Source: Ancylonema sp.
Lineage: Eukaryota
Direction of reading: 5' to 3'
DNA: 59,659 nucleotides
NCBI GenBank assembly: GCA_050230475.1
Contig: JBFLGF010000175.1
Span: 1 to 59,659, forward strand
In this document: piece after piece, positions 1-13,129 of the stretch
Layout of the letters: every line of letters begins with the position of its first letter
Position numbering within the stretch: the first letter of the stretch is position 1
Notes under the pieces: generated by a model
Told to the model about the DNA's origin: nothing
The model's input: only the letters and a program-made list of their open reading frames with translations
Database searches by the model: none
Made by a program: the position numbers and the translations under genes

Positions 1-330
1 TCTAACCAATACAAACCGGCCCGTGTCTCTCACATGTGCGAACTACCCGGCACAACGAATCTCTATACACTTGTCTGCTTAGTGCGTGGCAAGCTATTGG
101 CTACACCCGCATTCCCACACGATCTGCCTTTCGTGCATGCAACTAACACAATGGCCTTCGCCAACACTCACTAGCACTGATGCAATGCCGCTTCCCAACA
201 CCATATGCCATATGGTTTTAAACAAGAGATGTCCAAGGCAAGGTAATGCCAGGCCTAGACGGAAAGCGTCCACGATTGTGTACGTATGTTTAAGTCTACC
301 GCTTTAGCTACTCGGCTACACGCCGAATGA
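1..330 (+). repeat. Decayed copy of the same dispersed repeat family
   Basis: Shares AAGGCAAGGTAATGCC..GCCTAGACG, CTAGCACT and ACCATATGCCA-like blocks with 24790-24830 and 50690-50790. Confidence 0.55.
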
Positions 331-599
331 ACCGTTCGGCGCCTCAATCGCTACATACTCAGAATAAGAATGCAAGTCCTAGCGAGGTACAATCACAACA
401 CTAGAAAAAGTCCGAGAACAAAACCTCCGCAAAAAAAATGAAAATTTATCATCAGTAATGCACAAAGAAGGCGAATGTAAGTTTTAGACATCACTGAGGC
501 ACACAATATAGTCAAGGTGCAAAGTTTCAAGCTTGTATAGTCTTGAGTTGCTACTAGGGCCATCAACAATACTGACTTGTCTGTGCTCGCAGTTCAATG

Positions 600-1700
600 T
601 TTTTTCCAAGTGGCGGACAATATACGTTCGTGGACCTACATGGTGATTTGTCGAGGGCACAGGTGAATGTGCTTGTATGGTGAATTGGTGCGGGCGCGTA
701 TTTGTGTCTATACGATAATTTGGCACATGCGCGGGTATTTGCGGTTTTATTATAATTTGGCACGTGCGCGAGTACAAGCATTCATCAAGCAAGTTTCGTT
801 TCTCGATAGAACGCTTTATTTGTTGCAGTGATGAAGAACACCATGATTTCTCCGCCACTTGCGGCACCATATCCGGAGGACGCTGTCGGTACCATGTTGG
901 CGATCAGTTGTAGGGCCACAAACGTCCCTCATACAAATGACTGAATGGAGCAACACCACGTTAGAAGCAGTGTTGTCAGGATGAGTTCATAGTACTTGTT
1001 TGAAGTAAAGACAAGGTTCAGGGTGCCGCATTGTTGATGTTGATATATCCTGCGCCATAGATAGCTTAAGCCAGCAATGCAGTTGTACGGCAAGAGACGC
1101 TTTGTGGCAGCCATGCATTGCATCTAGCTATAGGAGGGATCTAGGTGACGTCGCTAGGAGAATACTTGGCTAGGAATTGAGTAGCAAAAATGTCGGTCGG
1201 CCAGCCAGCTTAGCACCACCGCAAAACGATCGTAGGCAGCTAGGCATCAAAGAAAGCATACAACTTGTAATCCTTGTACTCATATCTCATTCGATCTGAT
1301 AACACCTCGGGAACCGCTGTCAATTTCACATCGTAATTATTGTTTAATCTGTATTTGAGTTCGGCTGGCAATTCTGGATTTTGTGCATTCTCTGATCAAG
1401 TTGAATGTGCATTTGAATGTAACACTTGCATTCGATATCAACACATAACACTTCAATGCTTACAACCATTCACGCTTCGAACACATTACGTTTAGGCGAG
1501 TGCATTGCCTTGCTAAAGGGTAGACTAGTAAACAATATTTGATCATCTTCATGGATTAGTGGAGTGTTGGCGATGGCCATTTGTTATCTCGCATTAGTAT
1601 GGTGCGGATCTCGACTAGATCATAGAACACGTGTAAGCGGACACGTGTGACTTTAAGTAGAGTTTCGCACGTGTGTAGCACATTCAACGGTGATGTTCGT
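600..1700 (-). repeat. Decayed copy of an unidentified dispersed repeat family with coding-like remnants
   Basis: Reverse complement aligns by eye with 24690-25640 (e.g. GACAGCGGTTCCCGAGGTGTT vs AACAGCGATTCCCGAGGTGTT; TATGATCTAGTCGAGATCCG in both). 600-850 matches 13560-13815 directly. Confidence 0.75.
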
Positions 1701-2084
1701 TGCAACGATATGATGGCACACGAGAGTGTGGCACGGTGCTATATGGCACGACACAAGTAATCCGTCTAGCGTGTGCCTCTGACGTTATGAAATATTCATT
1801 TGGTTACATATTTGTATTGTTGCCAATCGTCAAATCTTCCGAGCAAACTATTGATGCACTTTAATGTCAGCTACACACGCGTGCATCACAGTGCATCGCC
1901 GCCTTAGAACCCGAATCTGCACATGCCGCCACTCATTACATCAATCAAATGGACGCTATAGCGCGAAACTGCTTTCATCTTTCTAGTGCTCGCCTCGGCT
2001 CCAAAGATAAACCGACGGCCAAGCTGCCATAAAGGCGCACGATCATATATGGACTAACACACCCAACACTATGAGGGGATGCAG

Positions 2085-2626
2085 TAGCGTGGTCACCAAA
2101 ATATTCGGGAGCTCGGAGACTAGCCACTCATTCAGGTGGCCTTGTCCAAATTCGGTCACTCTAAATTGGAGTACCAGTCCGGGTCCAGTTCACTAATCCA
2201 CAAGTCCTCTTGCGTGTGCATCTCGTTCCAATCTCATCGTGTCTAAGTCGAGTCTAATTATTGTCTAATTTTACACATGGTCACTCCACCTTGTGTCCAC
2301 CTTGTCCGTTTTCTCCAGTCCGGGAAAAAATCAATGACAATCACAATCTCATTGCACAACCAAATTTTTGAAAGTTTTGTTTTAGTTCGATTTTCTGGAA
2401 CAGTTTTTTGGTATCTTTTACGAGTTTTCGTATCAATAACACGAGACTGGTCTGAATCCAGGGCCCATTTCAGTCCTTACGTGTCCAGTCCGCCCAGCCC
2501 CTGGTCCGAACTGGCCAGTTCCGGATGTGGTCCCCGGACTGGACCCGGACTGGGCAGTCTCCGGTCCGGGTGCGCCGTGAGCCGCCGGGTGCCGCCGGTC
2601 TTTGGCTAGAGACTGGGACCATGGTA
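2085..2626. mobile_element. hAT-like MITE upstream of PP5, related to 58185-58570
   Basis: Degenerate termini TAGCGTGGTCACCA / TGGGACCATGGTA and many internal CCAGTCC/GGACTGG motifs shared with the element at 58185-58570. No convincing TSD. Confidence 0.55.
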
Positions 2627-3020
2627 GGAGGTGCTGTCTCGCTCCTGTCTTAGTCCAACTTCATTGGACAGGAACTTGTAAACCCGACAGAATCTAAACC
2701 CGTTGCTGCTTTCAGTGAACGAGGCAAGTACATCAACTGGACAGCAGCCTTCTGCCATGAATTGGCGAAAGTACCTGTCGACGTCCACATGTAATCGAGC
2801 AAGCGCAAATCAGTAGGAGGCAGAGGACCCATCGGACGACCCCGCAAAGGACCCATCATCCTCGCTTACACTAAGGCAGTCTTCGGCTTGAAGCTGGCAG
2901 AATCAATTGCACTCAAAGTACAACTGACAGATAAGAAATCTCCAAGTTTATATTCTGCCACCAATAGCTTGCTGTAAGATCTGGAGAGTACTACAAGATC
3001 TTACAAGACATTTGTCGAAA

Positions 3021-3662
3021 ATGGCCGACACTAATGGGCATTCAGAAAAAACAGTTTTCAAAAAAATTGATGAGACCACGCCTCCTGGAGAGGAGGTGTC
3101 GGGGCCAGGTGTGAGCACAGCTGAGAATGGAGTGATGAAAGTGGACCTGGAGCGTGCAGATGAGCTAAAAAAGTTGGCCAACCAGGCGTTTCAAGAGAAC
3201 AAGTTCGTCAGAGCAGCAGAGTTGTACACAGAAGCTCTAGAAGTCAATCCTGGCAGCGCTATCTTGTGGGCTAATCGCGCCTTTGCTCATGTGAAGCTGG
3301 AGGAGTATGGCAGCGCCGTAGAGGATGCAGACAAGGCCATTGAATGCGACTCCAACTATGTGAAGGTAAGCCACCCGGGTAGCAGGGTTGGAACCTTAGA
3401 TGCTAAGTGGTGAAGCAGCGACACGGTAGAATTGGGATGTGTTTACAGGGCTGTAATCTGCTGGTTCTGGTGCTGTTGGAGTAGTGCTTCCATCCCTCCC
3501 TTTATCTACATGGTTTATAACGCATGATTGTTATGCTTTTTTGGATGTAGGGGTACTATCGAAGGGGCACTGCTCACTTGGCCATGGGAAAGTTGAAGGA
3601 GGCGCTCAAGGACTTTCGTCAGGTATGTCTTCGTCAACCTTACACCAGAGTCTTGCTTCGAT

Positions 3663-3719
<57 letters not shown>

Positions 3720-5659
3720 CTCGTTTTCGTGGACAAGCATATGAAGTGACATTAGTGTAACACCTGCACGAGCGTGCATGTCCTGTCCTCGTCCCAGCTG
3801 TCACAAGCAAGTGGCTGACTGCAAGGGGGGGGTGCCTGTAGGCTGTGCGAGTCTCCCCGAAGTCACTGGACGCTCACCAAAAAGTGAAGGAGTGTGATAA
3901 GGCGGTGAAGGAGCAGGCGTTCCATGATGCCATCGCCAGTCCAGAGCTGGGAGGGGGTGCATCGACGATAGTGGATTACACGCAGATGAGTACGACCACT
4001 GCCCTGCTGCTAGCAAACTGGGAAGTGGCATCGACTCGGGTGGTAACAGAGGGGAGAGGTTGATGTGCAGGTGTGGAGGGGTCGTACAGCGGGCCGCGGA
4101 TAGACGACTCAGGCCTGACCCTCGAGTTCGTGAAGGGCATGCTGGAGTCGTTCAAGAACCAGAGAGTGATTCACAAGAGGTGCGTCCCCCCTCTGCCCCC
4201 CACGCTGCGGAGCGACTCACAGAATCACACCTCCTCCCCCCCCTCACCAGATATGCCTTCCAAATCCTCGTCCTCGCCCGCGACATCCTGAAATCGCTGC
4301 CCACCTTGGTCGACGTGGGCATCGCTGACGGGAGCCACATCACCGTTTGTGGAGATATCCACGGGCAGGTCAGTGGCAGACAGACCAGCAGAGCCACAGA
4401 GGCATACCCTCAAACCTCAAACCTCAAACCTCAAACCTCAAACCTCAAACCTCAGACCCGAAACCTGTAACCCCAAACATGAAATCCCAAAGTTTTCCCT
4501 GAACCTAAACCCCACACCTCTCCTCTCAGTTCTACGACCTCCTCAACATCTTCGAGCTCAATGGCCTCCCCTCGGACGAGAACCCGTATCTTTTCAACGG
4601 CGACTTTGTGGACCGGGGCTCCTTCTCTGTGGAGTGCATCTTCACGCTGCTCGCCTTCAAGTGCCTCTACCCGACCGCCCTCCACCTGGCACGGGGCAAC
4701 CACGAGAGCAAGAGCATGAACCGCATCTACGGCTTCGACGGGGAGGTGAAGAGCAAATATCCTTTCCACCCTCCCACCCCCCCCTCTGCCCCTGTCTCCC
4801 TCTGCCTCCGCATATGCCCACACCTGCCCTCCTTCACTCCTGCGCACGTACAACGAGTCCATGGCGGAGCTGTTCTCGGAGGTGTTCTGCCACCTCCCCC
4901 TGGCGCACGTGCTGAACTCGCGCATCTGTGTGGTCCACGGGGGGCTGTTCGGCATGGACGGCGTGAAGCTGGAGGACATTCGCAAGGTGGACCGCGTCAG
5001 AGAGCCGCCAGACGAAGGTGCGCCATCCAGGGGTGGTGCAAGAGGAGGTGGCCATGGCAGGCAGCTGAGGCGGCGGGTGGTGCAGGCTTGATGTGCGAGA
5101 TGCTGTGGAGTGATCCGATGGCGGGAGTGGGGCGGTCGCCCAGCAAGAGGGGGGTCGGGGTGGCCTTTGGCGCTGATGTCACCTCAAGATTTCTCCGGGA
5201 AAACAATTTGGGTACACCTCATCCCTGCCTCTCCCTGCCTTCAGGAGCCAGGTGAGTGAGTGAGGGTGGGTTGTGCGGGTGGCAGAGCTGGTGGTTCGGT
5301 CGCATGAGGTGAAGGATGAGGGGTTCGAGGAGGAGCACGGGGGGAAGCTGATCACCGTGTTCTCCGCACCCAACTACTGCGACCAGGTGTGACCACCACC
5401 ACCCACACCACACCTGATGGGGGGAGAGTGGTTGTGGTCGCAGATGGGCAACAAGGGGGCTTTCATTCGCTTCACGGCTCCCGAGATGAAGCCGGTGATC
5501 AAGCAGTTCAGCGCAGTGGTGAGTGAAGCAACGCACAGGGGGGGGGGGGGGTGGCTGTCGTGGAACACAGGCGTCAGCCCTCGGTGTTGTTTTCTCCTGC
5601 AGCCCCACCCGAGGGTCCGCCCCATGGCGTACGCCTCCATGTTCAGCCTCCTCCAATGA
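3021..5659 (+). CDS. PP5: Serine/threonine protein phosphatase 5 (TPR domain + PPP catalytic domain), 11 exons, ~515 aa
   Basis: Hand-spliced exons 3021-3365, 3551-3622, 3842-3989, 4071-4179, 4251-4368, 4530-4756, 4848-5017, 5086-5211, 5286-5386, 5444-5518, 5603-5659 sum to 1548 nt and stay in frame. N-terminal TPRs ([26 protein letters not shown]), PPP motifs [34 protein letters not shown] and the PP5 C-terminus [11 protein letters not shown]. Confidence 0.95.
3665..3716 (+). repeat. (CT)n microsatellite in PP5 intron 2
   Basis: Direct reading of the sequence. Confidence 0.95.
4408..4466 (+). repeat. (CCTCAAA)n telomere-like heptamer array in PP5 intron 5
   Basis: About six tandem CCTCAAA units that then degenerate. 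Confidence 0.9.
4757..4847 (+). other. U12-type (minor spliceosome) AT-AC intron in PP5
   Basis: 5' end ATATCCTTT, branch-point-like TCCTTCAC at 4830-4837, 3' end GCAC. Removal restores the frame [14 protein letters not shown]. Confidence 0.92.
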
Positions 5660-6794
5660 CTCCTGCTGGCTCTCCTGCCCTTCCTGCTCATAGCATTGTG
5701 GGAAATCGTGCGCTCGTGCGCCGCGCCATCACTCCCCGCATCCACTAGCGGTCTGCCACCTGGTCGGTCGCAGATGTCATCGTCCGATCAATGCGGTAGT
5801 GGGAGAGGCAGAACTGTGTCTGGAAACAAATTCTTCCAACTTCATCTGGCAGGAGCAGTGGGGGGGGAGAGGGTGGTTCTTTACATATCTTTGTGCTACT
5901 GAGAACAGAGGCTGGGTTGGGGATTAGGTAGGCTGAATGCAGGTTCGCATTGTTGTCCAGCTGTATGTTTGTAGGTTTGTAGGTTTGTAGGTTTGTATTG
6001 GTCAGACTTTGCGACTCCATGGCCCTTCTGGCTTCCAGATGGGCGTGTACAATGAATGGTTGGGGACGAGTGGAGAATGAAGGCATCAGCATGTGTTGCA
6101 GAATGATCGTTTTTTAAAGGTTTCATTTTATACCAGCATGTGTTGTTTGTGAGGGGTAGGAGCCAGTGTTAGGCGAGTGCTAGGCACAAGACTCGTTAGG
6201 TATTCGTTACATATTTGCGCTGACCTACGAATCGCCTCTACCAGGCCTCATTTGTTTTATCCGCTAACTTTGTACAGGTGTCATGAGCACTTAGATTCAA
6301 ACCTTATTCTCACAAGGACGATGTTTCGAACAAATATGTGGAGGTGATGGTGATGTCGTGGCTTGTTGACATGCGATTGGTAAGGAGACACGACTGGTGC
6401 ATCAGTTGCATGAGGCACGTATTGAGTGCCGTACGGGAGACACTTTTGCAGGCCCAAAATTCAGTGACACGATCCCAGTGGGAGGACATACAAGGAAGTT
6501 TACATCACACAGAGATAGTGAAGGATGGACCCGCCAGTGCATGCATGCCCTCCAAATAGTTCCTAACCAGAGTTGCTGCATGCTACACGACGAGTTCAAG
6601 CAATTGGCACCCTGGTGCACAAAGTAACATCGGGGACACAATATCCTCACGACTACGAAGACAATCGAGACCCTAAAGACCTACAAACAATAGAATGGAG
6701 GGAAATGAACAAACCACAGGCAGATGTTGCATATTCTGTGAGGAAATCCTGATATACATAATCTCAGGTGGCGTTCTAAAGATTGCGTTGAGTT

Positions 6795-8819
6795 TCATAA
6801 TCGCGACATGGTGTTTGCCACCTGAATCACCCCCATGAGAACAGCTCTCTTCCTCTCGATCACCGTAGATTTGAAAAGAATCCTGCAGAGGCAGACAAAC
6901 AACATTTTAAACTCCATGTGTGTGCAATGAACGTTTACCAATCTACTTCCATTGACAACCATCATTTAAAGTGACAACTTGGCGTACAAACTGTTCCGTT
7001 CATTTGTTCATCCAGCCGTTACGACTCTTCCAAATACGTCCACGCACACAGCCATACAGATTTCTACATCGACTCTGGTGTTTTCCTCCGTTACTCCATC
7101 ACTTTCCCTCCAATTCACCTCTTCTGGTCCCCATCAATCCACATCTCCGTTTTGAGCGTCTCTCCCGGGAAGAAGTGCAACAAGAAGCGCGCGCGCACGC
7201 TCCGGATGCTCTCAGGATTGCCTCCGCAGCAGCAGCGGATGACAGCCCTCACCGCAAACCCCAGACTGCAGAGGCCGTGAAGAATGGGCCTCTCGAATCT
7301 GTCACCGACAAACAACAAACCATTCATCCTTCTGTTTGCAATGTTTGGCACAAAAGCAGCTTCTGATGCCTCACCCAGCGTGAGCAGCAAAGTCCGGGTC
7401 ACAATGCAGAGGGTTGTAGTCACCGCTCAAACGGTACAGGAGCGCCTGAAAACATCCCTCCAAACACCCCTCCGTCTCACTTTTGTGGCGCCAAACACAG
7501 TCTGCAGTCTGCAGTCCGCAGTCTGCGTGTGTCCCTTGCCTCTGCTCCCACTCCTGTTCGAATACCTGAGAGAGCTGAGTCTGCTCCTCGAAGACGTGGT
7601 CAGCTGCCCTGTCTGGAATTGGAGGGAAGGGCGCCACCGACTTCTTGGGCGCTTGCTGCTTCGAGTTCGAGGGGGCTGAGAAGCCGCCTGCTCCCCTCAG
7701 GAAGCATGTGGATCTGGTGTCTCCGCAATTACCATGAGTACCATTCTGGAGGCTCTTGGCTGGTGACCATTGGCACTGGATTCTGGATTCTGGATTCTGG
7801 TAATCTTTGGCTCCCATGTGCCCAACCCAATCGAGCCTGACTGAATGCAGACCAAAGGGAAGGCAGTGCCTGCCAGCTGTACACATGACAGCTGGCAGCC
7901 ACAATTGCGTGTGCCCACTCATAAGCCAGACAATGCAGAGATGGCGGCCATGGAAGGACACCTGTTGATGCACAGCACTGCGCCAGTGTCTGCATCCGAG
8001 GACACCGTCTCGACCTCGAGTAGAGCTGCTTTGCCTACAAGGGAGGAAGGGAGGAAGGGGAGGGAGTGGGATGATGCCCCTTCATGACACTCCGGCATTC
8101 AGGGCAGGCGTGGTGCGGGTGCTCACCTTTGTCCTCGAGCCCAGAAACGCGGCTTTTGCTTTGGACCTGAGGAACCACAAGATGCACTCAGCACTCAGCA
8201 CGTGGCACGTGGCACGTGGCATGTGAAGGTACGCTGCTTACTTTGGCCCTGGGTGGCAGGGGAGTGCAGATCTCTAAGTACTGCTCGCCGTGAAGGAGGA
8301 GCCTGGGATCAAACCTGGTCCGTGAACAGGGGGTGGCAGTGAGCAGAGGAGCAGAGGAGCAGAGGGGGGAGGGGAGGGTAGAGTGGAACCGCACACCAGT
8401 GCCTCGAGAGAAAGCAGTTGGTCCACCAGACGTGCAGGGAAGAGCACTGCAAAGGTAGGCAGCACCTGGGACACCGAAAGAGATTCTTCGCTCACCCTTC
8501 AGAGAGGGAGTGGAGAAACGAATCACAGAATCACACTGATTAAGTCTCACTGAATTTTCAGTTTCAAATTGTAATGAAGTGTAAATAATGTGAGTAAAAT
8601 TACAATCACAAAACATACTCAATTAGCATTTCGATTTCTCTGAGACTCTTTTCACTGAGACAGTGAACCTCTTTGTCAGTGTGTGATATACGACACGTAA
8701 GAGAAAGCTGAGTCACCTTCATCTCGTCTGTGAATCAGCTTGTATACAAAGGGCAGCTCAAGTGCTTCTACAGGGTCTCCTGCGCCAGAGCCTACTCCGA
8801 GCGTAAAGTGCAACATCTC
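6795..8819 (-). pseudogene. ECH2: 5'-truncated copy of ECH2 inside the tandem duplication
   Basis: Same exons as 10666-12694 but exons 1-2 are missing and exon 3 has small indels at the junction end. Confidence 0.7.
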
Positions 8820-8928
8820 TGCATGGTACCACACAGGATGACATTGTCAGCCTTGCGATGATATGCGTCACCTTTTTGGATAGCAAGGCCAACACCAGAA
8901 TGCTTTCAATTCTACATCGAGATGTCTA

Positions 8929-9519
8929 AGATGCTGTGGAGTGATCCGATGGCGGGAGTGGGGCGGTCGCCCAGCAAGAGGGGGGTCGGGGTGGCCTTTG
9001 GCGCTGATGTCACCTCAAGATTTCTCCGGGAAAACAATTTGGGTACACCTCATCCCTGCCTCTCCCTGCCTTCAGGAGCCAGGTGAGTGAGTGAGGGTGG
9101 GTTGTGCGGGTGGCAGAGCTGGTGGTTCGGTCGCATGAGGTGAAGGATGAGGGGTTCGAGGAGGAGCACGGGGGGAAGCTGATCACCGTGTTCTCCGCAC
9201 CCAACTACTGCGACCAGGTGTGACCACCACCACCCACACCACACTTTGGGGGAGAGGATGGGGGGATGGGGGGCTGATGGGGGGAGAGTGGTTGTGGTCG
9301 CAGATGGGCAACAAGGGGGCTTTCATTCGCTTCACGGCTCCCGAGATGAAGCCGGTGATCAAGCAGTTCAGCGCAGTGGTGAGTGAAGCAACGCACAGGG
9401 GGGGGGGGGGGTGGCTGTCGTGGAACACAGGCGTCAGCCCTCGGTGTTGTTTTCTCCTGCAGCCCCACCCGAGGGTCCGCCCCATGGCGTACGCCTCCAT
9501 GTTCAGCCTCCTCCAATGA
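8929..9519 (+). pseudogene. PP5: Duplicate 3' portion of PP5 (from MLWSDP to the stop)
   Basis: Identical exon sequence to 5098-5659. It begins mid-exon at the duplication junction. Confidence 0.7.
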
Positions 9520-10665
9520 CTCCTGCTGGCTCTCCTGCCCTTCCTGCTCATAGCATTGTGGGAAATCGTGCGCCCGCGCCATCACTCCCCGCATCCACTA
9601 GCGGTCTGCCACCTGGTCGGTCGCAGATGTCATCGTCCGATCCCCCAATGCGGTAGTGGGAGAGGCAGAAGGGCTGTGTCTGGAAACAAATTCTTCCAAC
9701 TTCATCTGGCAGGAGCAGTGGGGGGGGAGAGGGTGGTTCTTTACATATACCTTTGTGCTACAAAGGTTTTGAGAACAGAGGCTGGGTTGGGGATTAGGTA
9801 GGCTGAATGCCAGGTTCGCATTGTTGTCCAGCTGTATGTTTGTAGGTTTGTAGGTTTGTAGGTTTGTATTGGTCAGACTTTGCGACTCCATGGCCCTTCT
9901 GGCTTCCAGATGGGCGTGTACAATGAATGGTTGGGGACGAGTGGAGAATGAAGGCATCAGCATGTGTTGCAGAATGATCGTTTTTTAAAGGTTTCATTTT
10001 ATACCAGCATGTGTTGTTTGTGAGGGGTAGGAGCCAGTGTTAGGCGAGTGCTAGGCACAAGACTCGTTAGGTATTCGTTACATATTTGCGCTGACCTACG
10101 AATCGCCTCTACCAGGCCTCATTTGTTTTATCCGCTAACTTTGTACAGGTGTCATGAGCACTTAGATTCAAACCTTATTCTCACAAGGACGATGTTTCGA
10201 ACAAATATGTGGAGGTGATGGTGATGTCGTGGCTTGTTGACATGCGATTGGTAAGGAGACACGACTGGTGCATCAGTTGCATGAGGCACGTATTGAGTGC
10301 CGTACGGGAGACACTTTTGCAGGCCCAAAATTCAGTGACACGATCCCAGTGGGAGGACATACAAGGAAGTTTACATCACACAGAGATAGTGAAGGATGGA
10401 CCCGCCAGTGCATGCATGCCCTCCAAATAGTTCCTAACCAGAGTTGCTGCATGCTACACGACGAGTTCAAGCAATTGGCACCCTGGTGCACAAAGTAACA
10501 TCGGGGACACAATATCCTCACGACTACGAAGACAATCGAGACCCTAAAGACCTACAAACAATAGAATGGAGGGAAATGAACAAACCACAGGCAGATGTTG
10601 CATATTCTGTGAGGAAATCCTGATATACATAATCTCAGGTGGCGTTCTAAAGATTGCGTTGAGTT

Positions 10666-13129
10666 TCATAATCGCGACATGGTGTTTGCCACCTGAATCA
10701 CCCCCATGAGAACAGCTCTCTTCCTCTCGATCACCGTAGATTTGAAAAGAATCCTGCAGAGGCAGACAAACAACATTTTAAACTCCATGTGTGTGCAATG
10801 AACGTTTACCAATCTACTTCCATTGACAACCATCATTTAAAGTGACAACTTGGCGTACAAACTGTTCCGTTCATTTGTTCATCCAGCCGTTACGACTCTT
10901 CCAAATACGTCCACGCACACAGCCATACAGATTTCTACATCGACTCTGGTGTTTTCCTCCGTTACTCCATCACTTTCCCTCCAATTCACCTCTTCTGGTC
11001 CCCATCAATCCACATCTCCGTTTTGAGCGTCTCTCCCGGGAAGAAGTGCAACAAGAAGCGCGCGCGCACGCTCCGGATGCTCTCAGGATTGCCTCCGCAG
11101 CAGCAGCGGATGACAGCCCTCACCGCAAACCCCAGACTGCAGAGGCCGTGAAGAATGGGCCTCTCGAATCTGTCACCGACAAACAACAAACCATTCATCC
11201 TTCTGTTTGCAATGTTTGGCACAAAAGCAGCTTCTGATGCCTCACCCAGCGTGAGCAGCAAAGTCCGGGTCACAATGCAGAGGGTTGTAGTCACCGCTCA
11301 AACGGTACAGGAGCGCCTGAAAACATCCCTCCAAACACCCCTCCGTCTCACTTTTGTGGCGCCAAACACAGTCTGCAGTCTGCAGTCCGCAGTCTGCGTG
11401 TGTCCCTTGCCTCTGCTCCCACTCCTGTTCGAATACCTGAGAGAGCTGAGTCTGCTCCTCGAAGACGTGGTCAGCTGCCCTGTCTGGAATTGGAGGGAAG
11501 GGCGCCACCGACTTCTTGGGCGCTTGCTGCTTCGAGTTCGAGGGGGCTGAGAAGCCGCCTGCTCCCCTCAGGAAGCATGTGGATCTGGTGTCTCCGCAAT
11601 TACCATGAGTACCATTCTGGAGGCTCTTGGCTGGTGACCATTGGCACTGGATTCTGGATTCTGGATTCTGGTAATCTTTGGCTCCCATGTGCCCAACCCA
11701 ATCGAGCCTGACTGAATGCAGACCAAAGGGAAGGCAGTGCCTGCCAGCTGTACACATGACAGCTGGCAGCCACAATTGCGTGTGCCCACTCATAAGCCAG
11801 ACAATGCAGAGATGGCGGCCATGGAAGGACACCTGTTGATGCACAGCACTGCGCCAGTGTCTGCATCCGAGGACACCGTCTCGACCTCGAGTAGAGCTGC
11901 TTTGCCTACAAGGGAGGAAGGGAGGAAGGGGAGGGAGTGGGATGATGCCCCTTCATGACACTCCGGCATTCAGGGCAGGCGTGGTGCGGGTGCTCACCTT
12001 TGTCCTCGAGCCCAGAAACGCGGCTTTTGCTTTGGACCTGAGGAACCACAAGATGCACTCAGCACTCAGCACGTGGCACGTGGCACGTGGCATGTGAAGG
12101 TACGCTGCTTACTTTGGCCCTGGGTGGCAGGGGAGTGCAGATCTCTAAGTACTGCTCGCCGTGAAGGAGGAGCCTGGGATCAAACCTGGTCCGTGAACAG
12201 GGGGTGGCAGTGAGCAGAGGAGCAGAGGAGCAGAGGGGGGAGGGGAGGGTAGAGTGGAACCGCACACCAGTGCCTCGAGAGAAAGCAGTTGGTCCACCAG
12301 ACGTGCAGGGAAGAGCACTGCAAAGGTAGGCAGCACCTGGGACACCGAAAGAGATTCTTCGCTCACCCTTCAGAGAGGGAGTGGAGAAACGAATCACAGA
12401 ATCACACTGATTAAGTCTCACTGAATTTTCAGTTTCAAATTGTAATGAAGTGTAAATAATGTGAGTAAAATTACAATCACAAAACATACTCAATTAGCAT
12501 TTCGATTTCTCTGAGACTCTTTTCACTGAGACAGTGAACCTCTTTGTCAGTGTGTGATATACGACACGTAAGAGAAAGCTGAGTCACCTTCATCTCGTCT
12601 GTGAAAAAGTGCTTGTATACAAAGGGCAGCTCAAGTGCTTCTACAGGGTCTCCTGCGCCAGAGCCTACTCCAAGAGCGTAAAGTGCAACATCTCTGCATG
12701 TCGTACCACACAGGATGACATTGTTAGCCTTGCGATGATATGCGTCACCTTTTTGGATAGCAAGGCCAACACCAGAATGCTCTCAATTCTACATCGAGAT
12801 GTCTACTATGTCCGCTGATGATGGGCAACTTCATCAATGACGAGACAATATGGAAGTAAAATTGGAAATTTCTCTGGTTGTCCTGCGCTCACTTCTCCGT
12901 ATATTGGACGTCTACCTGCATGATTGAGACAGCGGGTGTGTGAGCACAGGGCGGGAGTGCGCCCCTGAAAGATGGCATAAAGGTACAGAGGATAACAGCG
13001 AAAAAAATAAATCTGAAGTGTGGACCAGTCACCAATATTATGAGCGCTGTAAATTCCTCACAAATGAAATGCTGTCACGGCTCAACCTACCTTCTCAAAC
13101 TCATGTCCCAGTACCACTTCTGCATTCAT
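10666..13129 (-). CDS. ECH2: Peroxisomal enoyl-CoA hydratase 2 (MaoC-like, hydratase-2), ~11 exons
   Basis: Spliced product MNAEVVLGHEFEK-VDVQYTEKDVALYALGVG...VLPTFA...FDPRLLLHGEQYLEI...FLRGAGGF...ALLYRLSGDYNPLHCDPDFA...RPILHGLC...FPGETL...ANTMSRL*. Has the hydratase-2 motif YRLSGDxNPLH and C-terminal PTS1 SRL, with GT-AG introns. Confidence 0.93.

Larger units (their letters stand above)
5098..12805. repeat. ~3.85-kb tandem duplication (5098-8928 / 8929-12805), probably an assembly artefact
   Basis: Cores appear identical at offset 3871. The differences are indels clustered near the copy ends (about 5410-5945 and 8730-8830). Confidence 0.9.
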
